Shown in pieces: positions 37,279 through 49,960 of a stretch of 64,000 bases of DNA. Location of the stretch: positions 1,984,001-2,048,000 of the forward strand of contig JAYWIR010000019.1 of NCBI GenBank assembly GCA_036172245.1, written 5' to 3'. A program made the position numbers and the translations under genes. Each line of letters starts with the position of its first letter. Position 1 is the stretch's first letter. The DNA is from Raillietiella orientalis (lineage: Eukaryota). A model generated the notes under the pieces. That model was not told the origin of the DNA, searched no databases, and saw only the letters and a program-made list of their open reading frames with translations.

Positions 37279-39246
37279 ATGGGATGCTGCGAACGCACCA
37301 CAGTGCTCGTTCTGCTCAGCATGTCTGCACTGTCCGCCAAGGGACATCGTACATCCGGAAGAGAGGGCACAGAGAAGGAGCGAGCAGTTGAAGATTTCGA
37401 AAAGAAGAATCGAACGGAGGGCCTTTCGGAGGACACGCGCAGAACACCTGTTGTCCACTGCAATGATCTTGGTTTTTGTTTTTTCAGGATGGGTCACATG
37501 GTGGATCGGAGATTCTCGCAGGTACCCTCGCCGCCACAGGTACACTTTTCAAACGTCTCACTCCACAGGTGGCAGGAAGGACGCGGCGGAAATGTCCGCG
37601 AGGTCTGGGCAGACGGACTCCATAGTGATAAAAGTGAAGCCTTCCTCTGCCAGCAATCAGGAGGAACCAGAAAGGAAGTCCCCCATTGGATCGTCTCCGG
37701 AAATGAGGATCGGAAAAGAGTCTCAGGGAAACAAGTAAGCTGACTCATGCGAATCGAACACAGAACCCCGCATTTTTACATAGGGAAGCAGCGAACATGG
37801 CCAACGTGGCAGCAGATTCGACAACCGTCCCCAAAAACAGCACCACAGTCCCCATAAAGCCAACCAGTTATAAGCCAACCAGTTATAAGCCAACCAGCCA
37901 TAAGCCAACCAGCCATAAGCCGACCAGCCATAAGCCGACCAGCCATAAGCCGACCAGCCATAAGCCGACCAGCCATAAGCCGACCAGCCATAAGCCGACC
38001 AGCCATAAGCCGACCAGCCATAAGCCGACCAGCCAGAAGCCGACCAGCCAGAAGCCGACCAGCCAGAAGCCGACCAGCCAGAAGCCGACCAGCCATAAGC
38101 CGACCAGCCATAAGCCGACCAGCCATAAGCCGACCAGCCATAAGCCGACCAGCCAGAAGCCGACCAGCCAGAAGCCGACCAGCCAGAAGCCGACCAGTCA
38201 GAAGCCCATAACGAACGCAACCACTGCACACAAAACGACGATACCAACCACAACGGTAAGTGTCTTTTGGCCGTCCAATTCGCGCACGGCACTCTTCGGC
38301 CCGCGTCCACGAGGTCTGCTCTCGCGCACGCACCGACGCTCTTCTTCTCCAACACAGTCGCTCGCTCGCAAAAGCGGAGGTGATCCGTTCTTTCCGGCGC
38401 CTCTCTTCCGAAGACACAGCGCAGCAAAAGCGAGGGGTGCATCGCGGGGCACGTCATCAGCATGGAAGCCAAAGTCCCACCGTCCCGTACCGCGCACGCC
38501 GAGAATGCGACGTCAGCGCACCAGCGTGCAGCATCCCATACCGGACACCTCATTTGTCCGCAAGCCTCCTTCAGTCCACGCGTCCGCCGCGAACGAGCCA
38601 CTTCCTGCCGACCACGGGGATCGCCCGAGACCTGACGGAAGCGCGCCAGCGGCGACACTCTTCTCGATTCCCGTTACCTCCCTCGGTATAGCACGGCACA
38701 GCCTCCGGACCATCTCGCAGTTGGCTCCGCCTCGTGCGTGGCAAGGGGTGTTCCGAACCACAGGGACGCGCGCCGTCACACCGTGGCGAGAAGGACAGGG
38801 GCTCCTGGAGACACAACGCGCAGCCGGAGCTGACGAGTCTTCCGGCACACCTTTGGCTGGCGCGTAGAGCGTCTTCTGCCGGCATCGTGCGTGCGTCCGC
38901 ACAGGGGCAGTGAGATGAGATGACCGTCGCCACCTCTCGTGGGCCGGAACGCGTGTTGCTGGACACCTTTCCGTCTGCCGCGAGGTCGAGGCAGCGCTGG
39001 GACCTGATGCGCTCGCGTCTCACGACCTGTGCCTTCTTCGGCGAAGAGTGGATTTCCGACACGCGACGCGTCGTGCGAAGCTCGCTGTGCGACCGGCGCC
39101 AGTGCTTGCCCTGCGCCCCAATAACGTGGCGACTCTTCTTGCAGCACAAAGGAGCGTCCTCGTCCCTGGTGTTCTCCACTGGAGTGATGCTGCTGTGCTC
39201 GTTGCTGGTGCTCGCCAACCCTGCACGCGTGCTGACCACGAGCTGA
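37279..39246 (+). CDS. Mucin-like secreted/GPI-anchored surface glycoprotein, paralog 2
   Basis: Signal-peptide-like MGCCERTTVLVLLSMSALSAKG at ATG 37279; 49-nt intron 37735-37783; uninterrupted repeat exon 37784-38255; canonical GTAAGT donor at 38256; last exon 39145-39246 identical to paralog 1; AATAAA 39268. The 5' exon structure is ambiguous (1-nt indel relative to paralog 1). Confidence 0.7.
37857..38201 (+). repeat. 15-bp coding minisatellite AAGCC(G/A)ACCAGCCA(T/G), 23 units (KPTSY x2, KPTSH x9, KPTSQ x4, KPTSH x4, KPTSQ x4)
   Basis: Counted directly. Confidence 0.97.
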
Positions 39247-40799
39247 GGTGAAAGATCGACGTGCCTGAATAAAGTCCCTTCGAATGCGAGCAACGCGGTC
39301 AGATCATTCCTTGCAGCTTCCTTCTCCCGCATGGCTATTCCGGGTTCTCCCTGTGAATCAAGGGTGGTCAGGTGGACAAACGGTGCACCGTTTTCCGCAG
39401 CGACGAATTTGGAGTCTGCGGCGCGCGACGTGCGCAAGGTGCACGAACGCGTGTCTCTGCGTCGGCCTGCGCGCAATTGGTAAATCTGCGAGGGTTGCGC
39501 AGGAGCGTGAAAGGTCAAGCGCATGCGCAGCTGAGGAAAGAGCGCGGCATGTCTTGCCGATGTGTTGCTGTTGTCGGGTGGCCTCGTGTGTGGGGAAAGG
39601 GGGCACGTTGCGGCTGATTTCTGCAGAGGTGATTGGCGGCTGGGAATAGGGATTGCGGCATTGTGGTGTGCAGGTGTCGGTGTTGGGAAGGGCTTGCTGC
39701 TTTGCGACTTTCCTGGGAGAGCAAAGAGAGGAAGGGCTGTACGGCGAAGAGGGAGTTGCGGTGTGCGTGGAATCCCTGGGATACTGTTCCTGTTCTTTTC
39801 GAGTTGTGTTTGGAGTGGGAAGATGTGGTCCTCGCCGACTGCATCGCGGCTGGGAATTCCATAGCGTGATCGATACATGCGTATGGAGGGAAAGCTCTCT
39901 TTTGAAAAATACCAGGTTCCGGTTGATCTTCTTTCGGCTTTAGGACTGAAGCCACTGGATCGTGTTGGCGTGAATGGGATCTTCTGAAGTGGGGGATGCT
40001 TTTCCCTACGCTCGTGGTTTGGCAAAAGTGCATTTGCTGACTTCTGTTGTGTCGTTTCCGATGCGTGGCTTTTCTCATCAAGGACTGCAGCCTCCTTCAT
40101 CAAGGAATGAACTGTTGGATGAGTGAGTCGATTCCGTGAGGTCTCTTCGCTTCCTGTGCAAGCGCGCCGAAATCGTGTCGAGACGAATCCTCGTCGACCC
40201 TTCTCGACTCTGCTCTTTCACCTCTTCTTCACTGAGCTGTGAGTTGCATCTTAGGTATTTGAAGCGCAATCTTGGAATGCCTCTCTGATATGAATCTTCG
40301 GAGGCTTTCATCGAAGTGCAGTTTTATGTACGAGGCCTGGAAGGAACTTTCCGCTGGAGAAGATGAGTGCCATTCTAAAGGTGAGGGAACGACACATGAC
40401 AGTAGCACGCGATGATGGTAGACAAGGGATTCTTGTCTGGTATAAATCGCAGCATCCCTCTAATTTGCCCACATGAGAGCGGGTCCAGAGGTGGTTCTGA
40501 GATGAAATTCTGCTGCACCCCCGAAGGCACTTCCTCTGAGCTGGCTGGTGAAGAGCTCCTCCCTTCTTCCTGGCCTGTGCCTGAAGAACGCGCGGGCCTC
40601 CTGGGGGGCCATGGCTGCCCGTGGGCAGCTCCTCCGTGGAAGGGTGGAGGCGACACGAGAAGCCGCTTTTGTCCGCAGCGTTTCCCCGACTTCGTGTCTA
40701 CCTAAAGGTGCCGTGCCTCCTCTGCGCGCCTTCACGAAGAAGGGACGCGCTTCCACGGGCGTCCTTGAGAGCTCAGCTCGACGACGGAAGACCCTGAGA

Positions 40800-41250
40800 T
40801 AAATGGGGTGGTGGCAGTGCCAGTGCGGGGACTGCCTGGGCGATGGGGGCTCTCAGCTGAAATCAGCCGCAGTATTCAGCCACTGCGAGCTTGGAAAAGG
40901 CAGGAAACATCCTGGAGAAAAATTCTTCCTCCCGGAGGCGCGGAAACGGACGCAGGGGTCGCGGTAGGCCCGCGAGCGACGAGAGTTTCGGATAGGCCCC
41001 ACTTTCGGAGAGCCTGCCAGCTACTCAGTGTTCCCTCCGGGAGGTCGCAGAGGACTTCCAGGAGGTCGAAAGCCTTCCTTCAGTGGGTGCGCACCTGGGC
41101 GGTCACGAGATGGCGCGCTGCCACAGGTGCGCTCTTTGCTGCCGGGCCCCGGGGAGGAAGGCAGCGAGCGGAGCAGCTTGACCAAGGCAGGTCGGTCCAG
41201 CACTGGCGAGGAGGTCGCACGTTCTGGCCCCTGGGCGCATGACGAAATTC
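40800..41250 (+). mobile_element. Decayed LINE endonuclease N-terminus
   Basis: VRGL...RQETS spacing matches NVRGL...LQET. Confidence 0.4.
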
Positions 41251-42489
41251 GTGTTTGTTTCTCCTGGGGTAGGTACCCCCTTATGGTCACCGACTGAACT
41301 GCATTACGGCCAGAATAACCACCACTTTGCGGGGAGAACTCCATCGGAAGAGAGGAGGGGAGGAAAGCTGCAGGTAAACTGGGTCAAAGGTCGTCCCTGA
41401 TCTGTTCCGACGTTTTCGTCTTCTGCAAAAAGATTGATATTGGTGCCGACGACAAACTCTCGGACGACGCGATAGACAAAAGAGCGGCGTTGGCGGTAAC
41501 TTGACCAATGGAGCGCCGGAGGGTGGGAGTCTGCGTCGGCGGGAAGAGGCAAGGAGCGAAACGGAGGAACGCTCGTCGGCGAAGGCGATTGGCGTGCGGG
41601 CTGGGTGCGGCGGCAACTGCTTTCCGTATGCAACCGCTCAGAGGCGGGAACCTGCAGCCTATTAGAGATGAACGGACGGCTCTGCTCAACCGATTCGCTG
41701 CTGCGTGGACTCGACCGCGGATCACAGACGAAGATCGCAGACGCGGGCAGCGCGGATGCTGCGGACAGAAGTCGCTCTCTCAAGTGGGCACCCGCGATAG
41801 CGGAGGACGTCCTGATGGAGTTGCCAGAAAAAGTAAGCAGTGAATCCAAGGCTGTGGTAAGGGAGGGGTGGGGGATCCCAGCACGGAGCACCTTCCGCTG
41901 AGCCCTCCGGAGGCTTGGAGAAGCAGATGTCCTCCACGATGGCAGAACCGCTGGTGTAGAACTGAGGCTTCTTGGATTCCCGAACCACCTTTCTGCTAAA
42001 CATGAGCCCTACGGGAACAATCCACAGCAAACAGGAACGAGAGCGGCGGAAACCCCTTTCGTGTTGCCCGTGGCAACAGCAAATCGTGAAGCTGGTCGTT
42101 TCCGTAACGGTTGCATTGGTACCAATGAATCCACACTCCCCCCCTACATTCCCCCCTCCCCCGAGAGCTGGACTCAAAGAGAAGCTCAGCGAGTATCTTT
42201 CCCGAGAAGGAAAGGCCGGCGTCTCCAGAATCTCTTTGGTCCCTCGGCCATGTCTGCATGGGCGGAACCGGAAGGAAACTACGGATTGCCCACGACCCCG
42301 GAAACACATACGGTGTTCCAACCGGAGATAGCAGTGCCCGAGGGTATCCAAAGACGGTGCCGCTCCGGGTCCCGTGGCCTCTTGCCTGCTACCTGTCGGG
42401 ATCGCAGCAGGTCTGGAGGGAAGTCTTGCCAGCGGTGGGAAATAGATGAACTCCCAACCTTCACCTTAATCCGGGAACTGGCTGAGGGG

Positions 42490-43425
42490 TTTTCCACCCG
42501 GGTTCGCATTTTTTTTGTGGTTGGATCGGTGGTCCAAACACGTCCTTTCTGTCGATACCTTGCCGTGTTACCGGTTCGCAGGCCTGTGAGGTCTGCCACG
42601 GTAGCAGAGGGGAGGAGGCAAACAAAAAAAGGAAAGAAAGAAACAAAAATAAAAATGAATAGAAAAGCTTAAGAGGGATGCGGGAAGAGGTCCCATTCTG
42701 CTCAGAGATCCTCTGCTTCCTTTCGAGATGCGGGCAAGCTCCTGCTGCAAACAGCCCTTGATGTGGGGCCATCTCCTTGCCATCCTCATCTATCGGAAGG
42801 CGAAGTAGATGTGGCATCCCTGTCGATGTGCCCTCCTCTTGCTGCGCTCCGGACAGCGACGATCCGGTGCAAGTAGCAGAGGGCTGCTGGCGAGACTGCC
42901 GGCCGAAGTGCGTCGCGAACGAGGAGTGGTTTTAAAGCGTCCCTGGAGTTGCCTCCGGGGATTGCTAGGATCGAGGCGAAGCGTCCCCAGAAGGACAAGT
43001 GGGCAACAGAATCCACAAGCAGATGAGACGGGGATTCGTGCTCTCCCTACTTGCCACAGTTGGGGTCCACACACACCCTGTGTTTAGTGATGCCGGCGGA
43101 CGTCGCACGAGAGCTTCAGTGCAGCAGCAGTAGCAGCAACAGCAGCGCCGACCCCTGCCACTACAAGGAGAGGGTGTGTACGTGTCGAAAAGCGCTGGAG
43201 GACACTGCAGTTCTTCCTCAGGAATACAGAGTGGCTCGCCTCAGCACGAAAGTCCTCGGAGGGAGGGCACTCGGAGTCTCAGCGTCCGTAATCTGGCCGT
43301 CGTCCACTCACTCATCTTCTCGTGACGGAGATTTCCACCGAGACATCCCCATCTAGCCGGAAGGCTGCTATCCATGTGTTCCCTCAAGGAAGACAGAGCT
43401 GCGGCGAAGGTTGAAGATTTGGAAG
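42490..43425 (-). mobile_element. LINE family A 3' portion; 42940-43425 is nearly identical to 47545-48028
   Basis: CVDPNCG..HESPSHLLVD finger, MARRWPH and T-rich UTR. Confidence 0.8.
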
Positions 43426-43499
43426 GGCGGTGCTTTCGTGCACGCGCCGGCGCATTCCCGTCGTAGTGAATAAACCGATGTACTGCGCTGATCTCTGTC

Positions 43500-44460
43500 T
43501 GTCCCTCGGACCTGTCGACTGTGCCCTGTCGAAGAACTCGCTGCCCCTCCCCTGTGCGCAAACATCTCGGTGCTCTCCTTGAGGTGGAAACAGGAGATCC
43601 TGCTGATTTTGCAGCTTCGATGCAAATGGTGCAAGCGCCTTGGTTACCGGGGAAGTTGCACCCCCAAACTGCTTAAGCTGCAGGGCGATAAAATCGTTCC
43701 CCGCACCTCTTGATGCACTGCGGTGCCCTCCGGGGTATCTGGCGGAGGCTGGCTTCACACCTCCGCACCGCGGACGCTGCCGAGGAGTTGCTGCGGGGAT
43801 GCACTGCTTTACCAGAGGTGGAGAAGTTCCCCTACAGGCGCCGTGATTGTGACTGTGCGTTGCATCCGCACCATCGTCACGGCCCGTCATTTGCTGAGGT
43901 CTCGAGCGCAATGAGGGAGGTCACCCTCATGGCAACCACCCTATGAGTGAGGGCGGCTGCGAGGTGGCCTCACCTGCAGGAACAGGTCGAGTCCGAGATC
44001 GCCGGCGTCCAGCATCGATTTTAGAAAGAAGAAACGGTCATCTCCGGTGACTCCTGTCACCACGCTGTCTTTTTTTTTTTTACGCATTTATTTATTTTTT
44101 CTATTTCTCTTAGGGAAAGAGAGTGTTTGTACAGACGCGTTGGACTCGCGTTGCTGAGAAACCTCCGCGATAACGTAAAAAAAAGAAAATTTTTAATTTC
44201 CTCGCCTACTCGTTCCGGACTTTTTCCGGTTTTCCAAGAAGGAACGAGACGCATCAATGACCCTTGTCCCCACCCTTCGCATTTGTCTATTCATTTTCTG
44301 TCTTCTTCCTCCCGTTCCGGACCTTTCGAGATCCCGATCCGCATGTCGATGGACCTTCCCAATGAACTTCTTTTTTGTGTCTGTTTCGGAACTGCCCGTT
44401 TCCCTTCTTGTTTGTTAAGTTTTTTTTTTTAATGAAACGAATTCTCGGATCGTCCACCGG
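43500..44460 (+). mobile_element. LINE family A 3' portion
   Basis: Aligns to 17000-17800 (gctgcgaggtggcctcacctg), followed by the UTR. Confidence 0.75.
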
Positions 44461-44994
44461 ATGAAAATCTGCCTGTCGGGCTGTTGTTTCTGGTGGAGTC
44501 TTCTTTGCATTTAGGGAAAAAGAGCGCCATCGCTCCGCTGAGACGGTAGACCGAGGTCATCTAACAGGAAGAGTAATCTTGTCTTTCGCGGAACATGCAG
44601 CCCTTCTGTCGAAACGACGCTGACCTGCTGCTGTCGCAGTCGCTTCCGCGCTGGTGGTTGCGATGCACGGCTGACTGACGTCCATAGGACCTCCTCACGA
44701 TGCGGAGAGCACTTCAGCTCCTCTGCCGATCTCAGCGTTAAACGGAGAGCCCCCTTCGAGGCATTTTGGCAGGAAGGAGGAACGAGGATAGGCAGGAATT
44801 TCCGTCACCTGAGGGAAGACCATGGCGACGGGCGGAGTCCAATGCTCCTCTCTGTGCGCTTGTCCCTTCGAGAGAGAGGGAAAAAACAAATGGATGTGGA
44901 AGGAGTGCGCTCTGCCTCGACCAAGCCCACTCATGACGAGCCCCGTGCATCCGCATCTCTCAGAAGCCTGCGAGATCCTATCCCTGCTGAATAG

Positions 44995-45155
44995 TTCGCG
45001 TGTGGCTATGGCCTCCTCCTTGCGTAGTACCAAGCGTCGCGGGTTCGAATCCCGCCCTGGCGAGGATAGACGACGAGAAATAGGTGCTTCGTGGGTTCCG
45101 AATCCCCTCGGCAAAGATGACTCTGGTTGGCCTATTTGGATGCGGCACTGGTGAA
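44995..45155 (+). mobile_element. tRNA-derived SINE-like head and body
   Basis: Perfect B-box GGTTCGAATCC at 45042-45052 with a weak A-box-like tggctatgg upstream. Does not fold as a complete tRNA. Diverged copies elsewhere in the window. Confidence 0.7.
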
Positions 45156-45159
45156 CACA

Positions 45160-46000
45160 GGATGACCCCGTTGACTGGCCGGGATTTAGAGTCGACCCTC
45201 CCAGGGTCCTTCGCGGACATCAATGAGACACGAGCTACTTTCTTCGGTCGTGCACATGGAGCCATACCCTATCCTCGTGGGGGGACCTTCATCTCGTACC
45301 TTGGAGCTTGTGGAGAGATACCACTCCAGAGCGTGAAGAGGTGCTCTTCGGATGAGACACTGATGAAAGCCGGAAACCGGATGCCCCCGTTGACTAGCCG
45401 GGATTAGAATTTGACCTCCGTAATCCTTCCAGGATTCAAGAAGCCATGGTTTCCTTCGGGGTTCCTTTCCTGTTGTGAGAGTGGAGCCAATACATGGAGC
45501 CGGTTGATACCTCCCCCTCGGGTGGCGAGTTGCCTCTCCAGGGTGTTAGTAAGAGCGCTACTCCCTTCGGAGAGCGACCCTTCAGAGAAATCGGGAAGCG
45601 TCCCTTCGGGGTTCTCTTCAGAGGGGAAAACCAGGAGTGGTTCTCTCGCGGGTGCTCTCCGGAGAAAGGAATTCCAGAAGCGGATCCTTTCCGGGTTCCG
45701 TTAGGAGAAGGAACAATGAAGAGTCCCCCTATAGGGGGTCCCTCCACAGAGAATGAGGAGGAAGAGGTTCCCTTTGGAGATGATCAGGGCGACGGTTTCC
45801 TCCCAAGCGTCAGAGAGGAACGGACCCCATCCTCGAAGCCTTCCTCGATCCATAGGGTGGTTCCTCCGGGGTTGTCCCTAACATGGAGAGTTACGCGCAC
45901 CCTCGGATAGAGTGGAGCAGTGTTGAAGAGCGTCACGATCCCCAGCTGAAGAGGCGGACGATTCTACAGCACTTGGCGAACCAAAGAAAAGAAAAGAAAG
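45160..46000. repeat. Two tandem family B copies (45160-45345 partial, 45385-45990 long)
   Basis: ggatg.ccccgttgact.gccgggatt.aga occurs at both 45160 and 45379. Confidence 0.8.
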
Positions 46001-46759
46001 CCGCAAGCCGCTGTTTCTGGTCTCTGCGCGCGGGAGAGCGCATTTCCGCTGAAGCGCGGACTCTAGCATGACCAGCATGAGGCATCTTCCCTTCTAGATC
46101 TCCCGATGGAACGGCAAAACCCCAGAAGCAGCTGCTTATCCGTAATGTTAGGCTTGAGGGATTTTCCGCGTGAGCACGGCGTGCAGCAGTGGACGACGCG
46201 TGGGTTTCCCGTGTTCCCGAATGGCATGCGCGTAAACGGGATGACACTTGCGCGCATCATGAGCTACATGACCTGCAACGCCCAGCTTCCCGTCCGATGG
46301 TATGGTTGCGAACGTTCGCTCGCGAAATCCGGCGGGGAAACCGGGAAAAAGGTTCGGGAGCGTGAAGACGTTTCTCCGGACCAGATAACGTGGTTTTGCG
46401 GCGAAGAACGAAGCGGCCAAAATCGAGCTGCTCGAATGTGCTGTTTGCACGGGGTCCCCTGGGTTTCATAATCGCCGTTATCGCCGAGCAATCATTGCGG
46501 CAAGCAAACCGCGGGGTCTCCTTGAGCCAACGCCCCCACCCAGGACTCGATGAATGCCTCCGTTGCCTAGCAGTCTGCTACGCCCGGGCTGGATGCTCGG
46601 CGAGAAAAACTCGCGCTTCCGCGACAGCCCGGACGAAAGCAGCTCTGGATAGGAAGGACCAAACTGTTCAGCGGACGAGGCGGCGGCGGGGGGGGGGGGG
46701 AGAGGAAAGGCATGATCGCCCACATCCCGTAGTTCACCTTCCTGGAAGGTTGGATTCCC

Positions 46760-49700
46760 ACCTGGGTGCGCCAGGACGTTCATTTCATATAGGAAAAAAA
46801 AAAAGAAACAATCATAGTCTCTGTGTGGTCCAATCACTTGCAATTTTGCAGGAGCCTGCAGGGTTACCAGTGCTCAGACCGGTGAGGTCTGCCACGGCAG
46901 CAGAGGAAAGGGGGCAAACAAAAAAAGGAAAGAAAGAAACAAAACGAAGGAAATTCTGGTTGCCGGCACGAGCAGCTCTTTTACGTCCCCCAAGTTCGTC
47001 TGCTGGCGTTGCTCACCCAGCGGAAGGGGAGGGGGATCATCGAGCAATGAACGAACGCTGCCCGAGTTCTCTCTTGGTTTTCCGCTGCATTCTTCCTCGG
47101 GAGCAGCATCGATGTTCGTTGCACCTGCCTTGTGGATTCTACCGACCGTATGTTCGACGCTGCGATGCTTGTGATTCTCGATCCACTGCTTCCCGAAATC
47201 CCCCAGCCAGCGGTTCCATCCTTGGGTTGTCTAAGGAAGCTCTCCATTCCCACTTCTACCTTTACCAGGAAGTCTCAAGGAGTGCTGAAGAACCATCCGC
47301 TCCCTTGGGGGGAGCTCACGAAGCTCTTTAACGCCGACCACACACCCCAAGGGTGTGCATAACTTCAGATTATAGGGAGCAACCCTGGGAAGACCACCCT
47401 ACGGATCCAGGAAGGCTCTTGAGGAAGGAGTCCGTTCCTCTTGCGCTCGATAGGGGAAAATCCCGGAGGGAACCCCTCCCTTGTGGTCTCCGATTTGCAC
47501 CCGGACACTCCAAAGCGTTTCTTAAAATTGAAAATAAAGTGGTCTCTAGAGTTGCCGCCGGGGATTGCTAGGGTCGAGGCGAAGCGTTTCCAGAGGGACC
47601 GGGGGATAACAGAATCCACAAGCAGATGAGACGGGGATTCGTGCTCTCCCCACCTGCCACAGTTGGGGTCCACACACACCCCGTGTTTAGTGATGCCGGC
47701 GGACGTTGCACGAGAGCCTCAGTGCAGCAGCAGTAGCAGCAACAGCAGCGCCGACCCCTGCCACTACAAGGAGAGGGTGTGTGCGTGTCGAAAAGCGCTG
47801 GAGGACACTGCAGTTCTTCCTCAGGAATACAGAGTGCCTCGCCCCAGCACGAAAGTTCTCGGAGGGAGGCACTCGGAGTCGCAGCGTCCGTAATCTGGCC
47901 GTCGTCCACTCACTCATCTTCTTCTCGTGACGGAGATTTCCACCGAGACATCCCCATCTAGCCGGAAGGTTGCTGTCCATGTGTTCCCTCAGGGAAGACA
48001 GCTGCGGCGAAGGTTGAAGGTTTGGAAGTTTGTCAACCAAATTTGGCTTTATGATTAAAATTTTATAAAAATATTTTTATGACAAAGTCATATTTTTTTT
48101 AAATATCCTGGTAGAACACGTAGTTCTACCCAGCGCGAAAGACTTGCCAAAGCCGATACGGAGATCGGTGAGGTCCTCTCCAGCGGCGAGGGGGGAGGAA
48201 AAATCAAACAAAAAAATAAACAAAAAATGAAAGAAAAAAGGAGGGGAATGTTTCCTGGGGAGAAGAGGGAGGGATTACTATTCGCCAGGAGACGTCCTGT
48301 GCATCCTGTTCAGGATGCTGACAAGTTTTGTTTTTTGGCTTCGAAGTTGGGACCCTTGGGAAACGGTCTTCAGGAAGATTTCAGCCCAATGGATGGCATC
48401 CCTGCTATTGTGGCCCCTTCTGGCGTTCCAGCTTGCCATGATTCTGAGTACACGGCAGGGAACTGCCAGAGATGCGGCTGGCGGCAAGGCGTCACGTATG
48501 AAGAAATGCCGGAAAATGCTTTTGAGGTCGCCTCCGGGCACTGCGGGACCTATTCAGTCCCAAGTGGGACCATCTGGCCTCTGTCCGCAGGAAACAAACT
48601 GTAAGCTGGACGGCGTCCCTCCCGTTTCTTCCTCTGTCGGTTTCGCTCCAGCCCACCGCAATCCTGTGGATGAAGCAAAGCGTTGGCAGGGTTGCGGCTG
48701 GCTGCAGGGTGTCCCACACAAAGAGCCGTAAAGCGTCCTTGGGGTTGTCGCCGGGAATTCCTAGAGTCTCAGAAAAGCGCTTTCATAGGGGACGGAGGGC
48801 AACACAATCCATAAGCAGGTGCAGGAGGAGGGATTCCCGTTCCCCGCACCTGCGACACTCCGGGCTCGCCCTCCCCGGCGTCCGGTGGTGTCAGCGGGAG
48901 TTGCAGTGAAGACCCAAGTGCAACAGCAGAAGTGACAACTCTCGCCACTTCAGGGGGAGAGCACTGCTGTTCTTGAGCACCGGGGGCAATTCCAGGCCTT
49001 CGCTTAGAATGCCGAGCAGCTCGCCCCAGCGTTGTAGCCCTCGTGGAAGAACACTCGGGGTCGCAGCGTTCACTACACATGTCCCATGGTCCATCCACTC
49101 ATCATCTTCCTCCTGCCTGCGATTTCGCAGGAGATTTTACTCCTTGGCGGTTAGCTACTGCCAAGTGCCCTCCTTGGGAAGAACATCGTTTCCGCGATAG
49201 GGGTCTGCTCCTCCCACGCGCTCATCCTGGGGCACTCCGGGATCTTCCACAGTGAGCAGCGAGCGTGGATGCCGAGTCACAGGCAGTTCCTTTCTTCGCT
49301 GCCTCCGAAGGGGATTCCGGAGGCAATCTATTCTTCATTTTCTCCGGTGGGACCCCCTAGAGGGGGCTGCTTCATTATTTCTTCTTTGGAGGGAACCCGG
49401 AAAGGATCCGCTCCTCGTTTCCTCCTCCGAAGAGAACTCCGGAGGGACGCTTCCCAATCTCTCGGAAGGGCACTCCTCGAAGGGGGCAGCACTCCTCCCA
49501 CGCTGTGGAGGGGTTTCGAGAGGGAGATCAACCGGCTCGACGGAACGGCTCCGTCTCCGCAGCCGGAAGGGAACCCCAAAGAAACTGGTTCCTCGGTTCC
49601 TGGAAGAACTCATGGAAAGGGGTTTCCTGGAAGACTTGTCTCGAGCTGGGCCTCATTCCTGAATTCTGCATTCCTTCTCACCCGCCTCCCCTTGTGCCCT

Positions 49701-49960
49701 CGAGGACTTGTGGCGGCATCGACTCGCTTCGGCACTACGATCTCAGGATGCTGCGGCGGACTTGCTGTGGCGATTCTTTGAAGAAAGCGGACTGAAGGAC
49801 GGCGCTGCGAGACAGTCGGTTGCATCTGCGCCATGGCGACAATCCGCCGCGTGCTGGAGTCCGGTCCTCGGCTAATGGAGGCCACCAGCATGGCGGCAGC
49901 CCTCATAAGGGCAGCAGCAAGGTTACCTCCTCTTCCAAAAGAAGTCTCCAAGGAGATCTC
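46760..49960 (-). mobile_element. Nested cluster of LINE family A 3' fragments (46760-46940, 47545-48028, 48030-49200, 49780-49960) with family B copies (47280-47480, 49300-49620)
   Basis: Direct similarity to the 9380-9870, 42490-43425 and 28300-28440 copies. Confidence 0.75.

Noticed and set aside
37857..38201. Tandem arrays as CRISPR
   Set aside because: No unique spacers and no cas genes; eukaryotic coding minisatellites.
44995..45065. Functional tRNA gene
   Set aside because: B-box present but no acceptor/D-stem cloverleaf; diverged copies share a non-tRNA body, so it is SINE-like.
48030..48106. AT-rich stretch as a mitochondrial tRNA/numt
   Set aside because: Occupies the position of the AT-rich terminal segment of a family A LINE 3' UTR on the minus strand.
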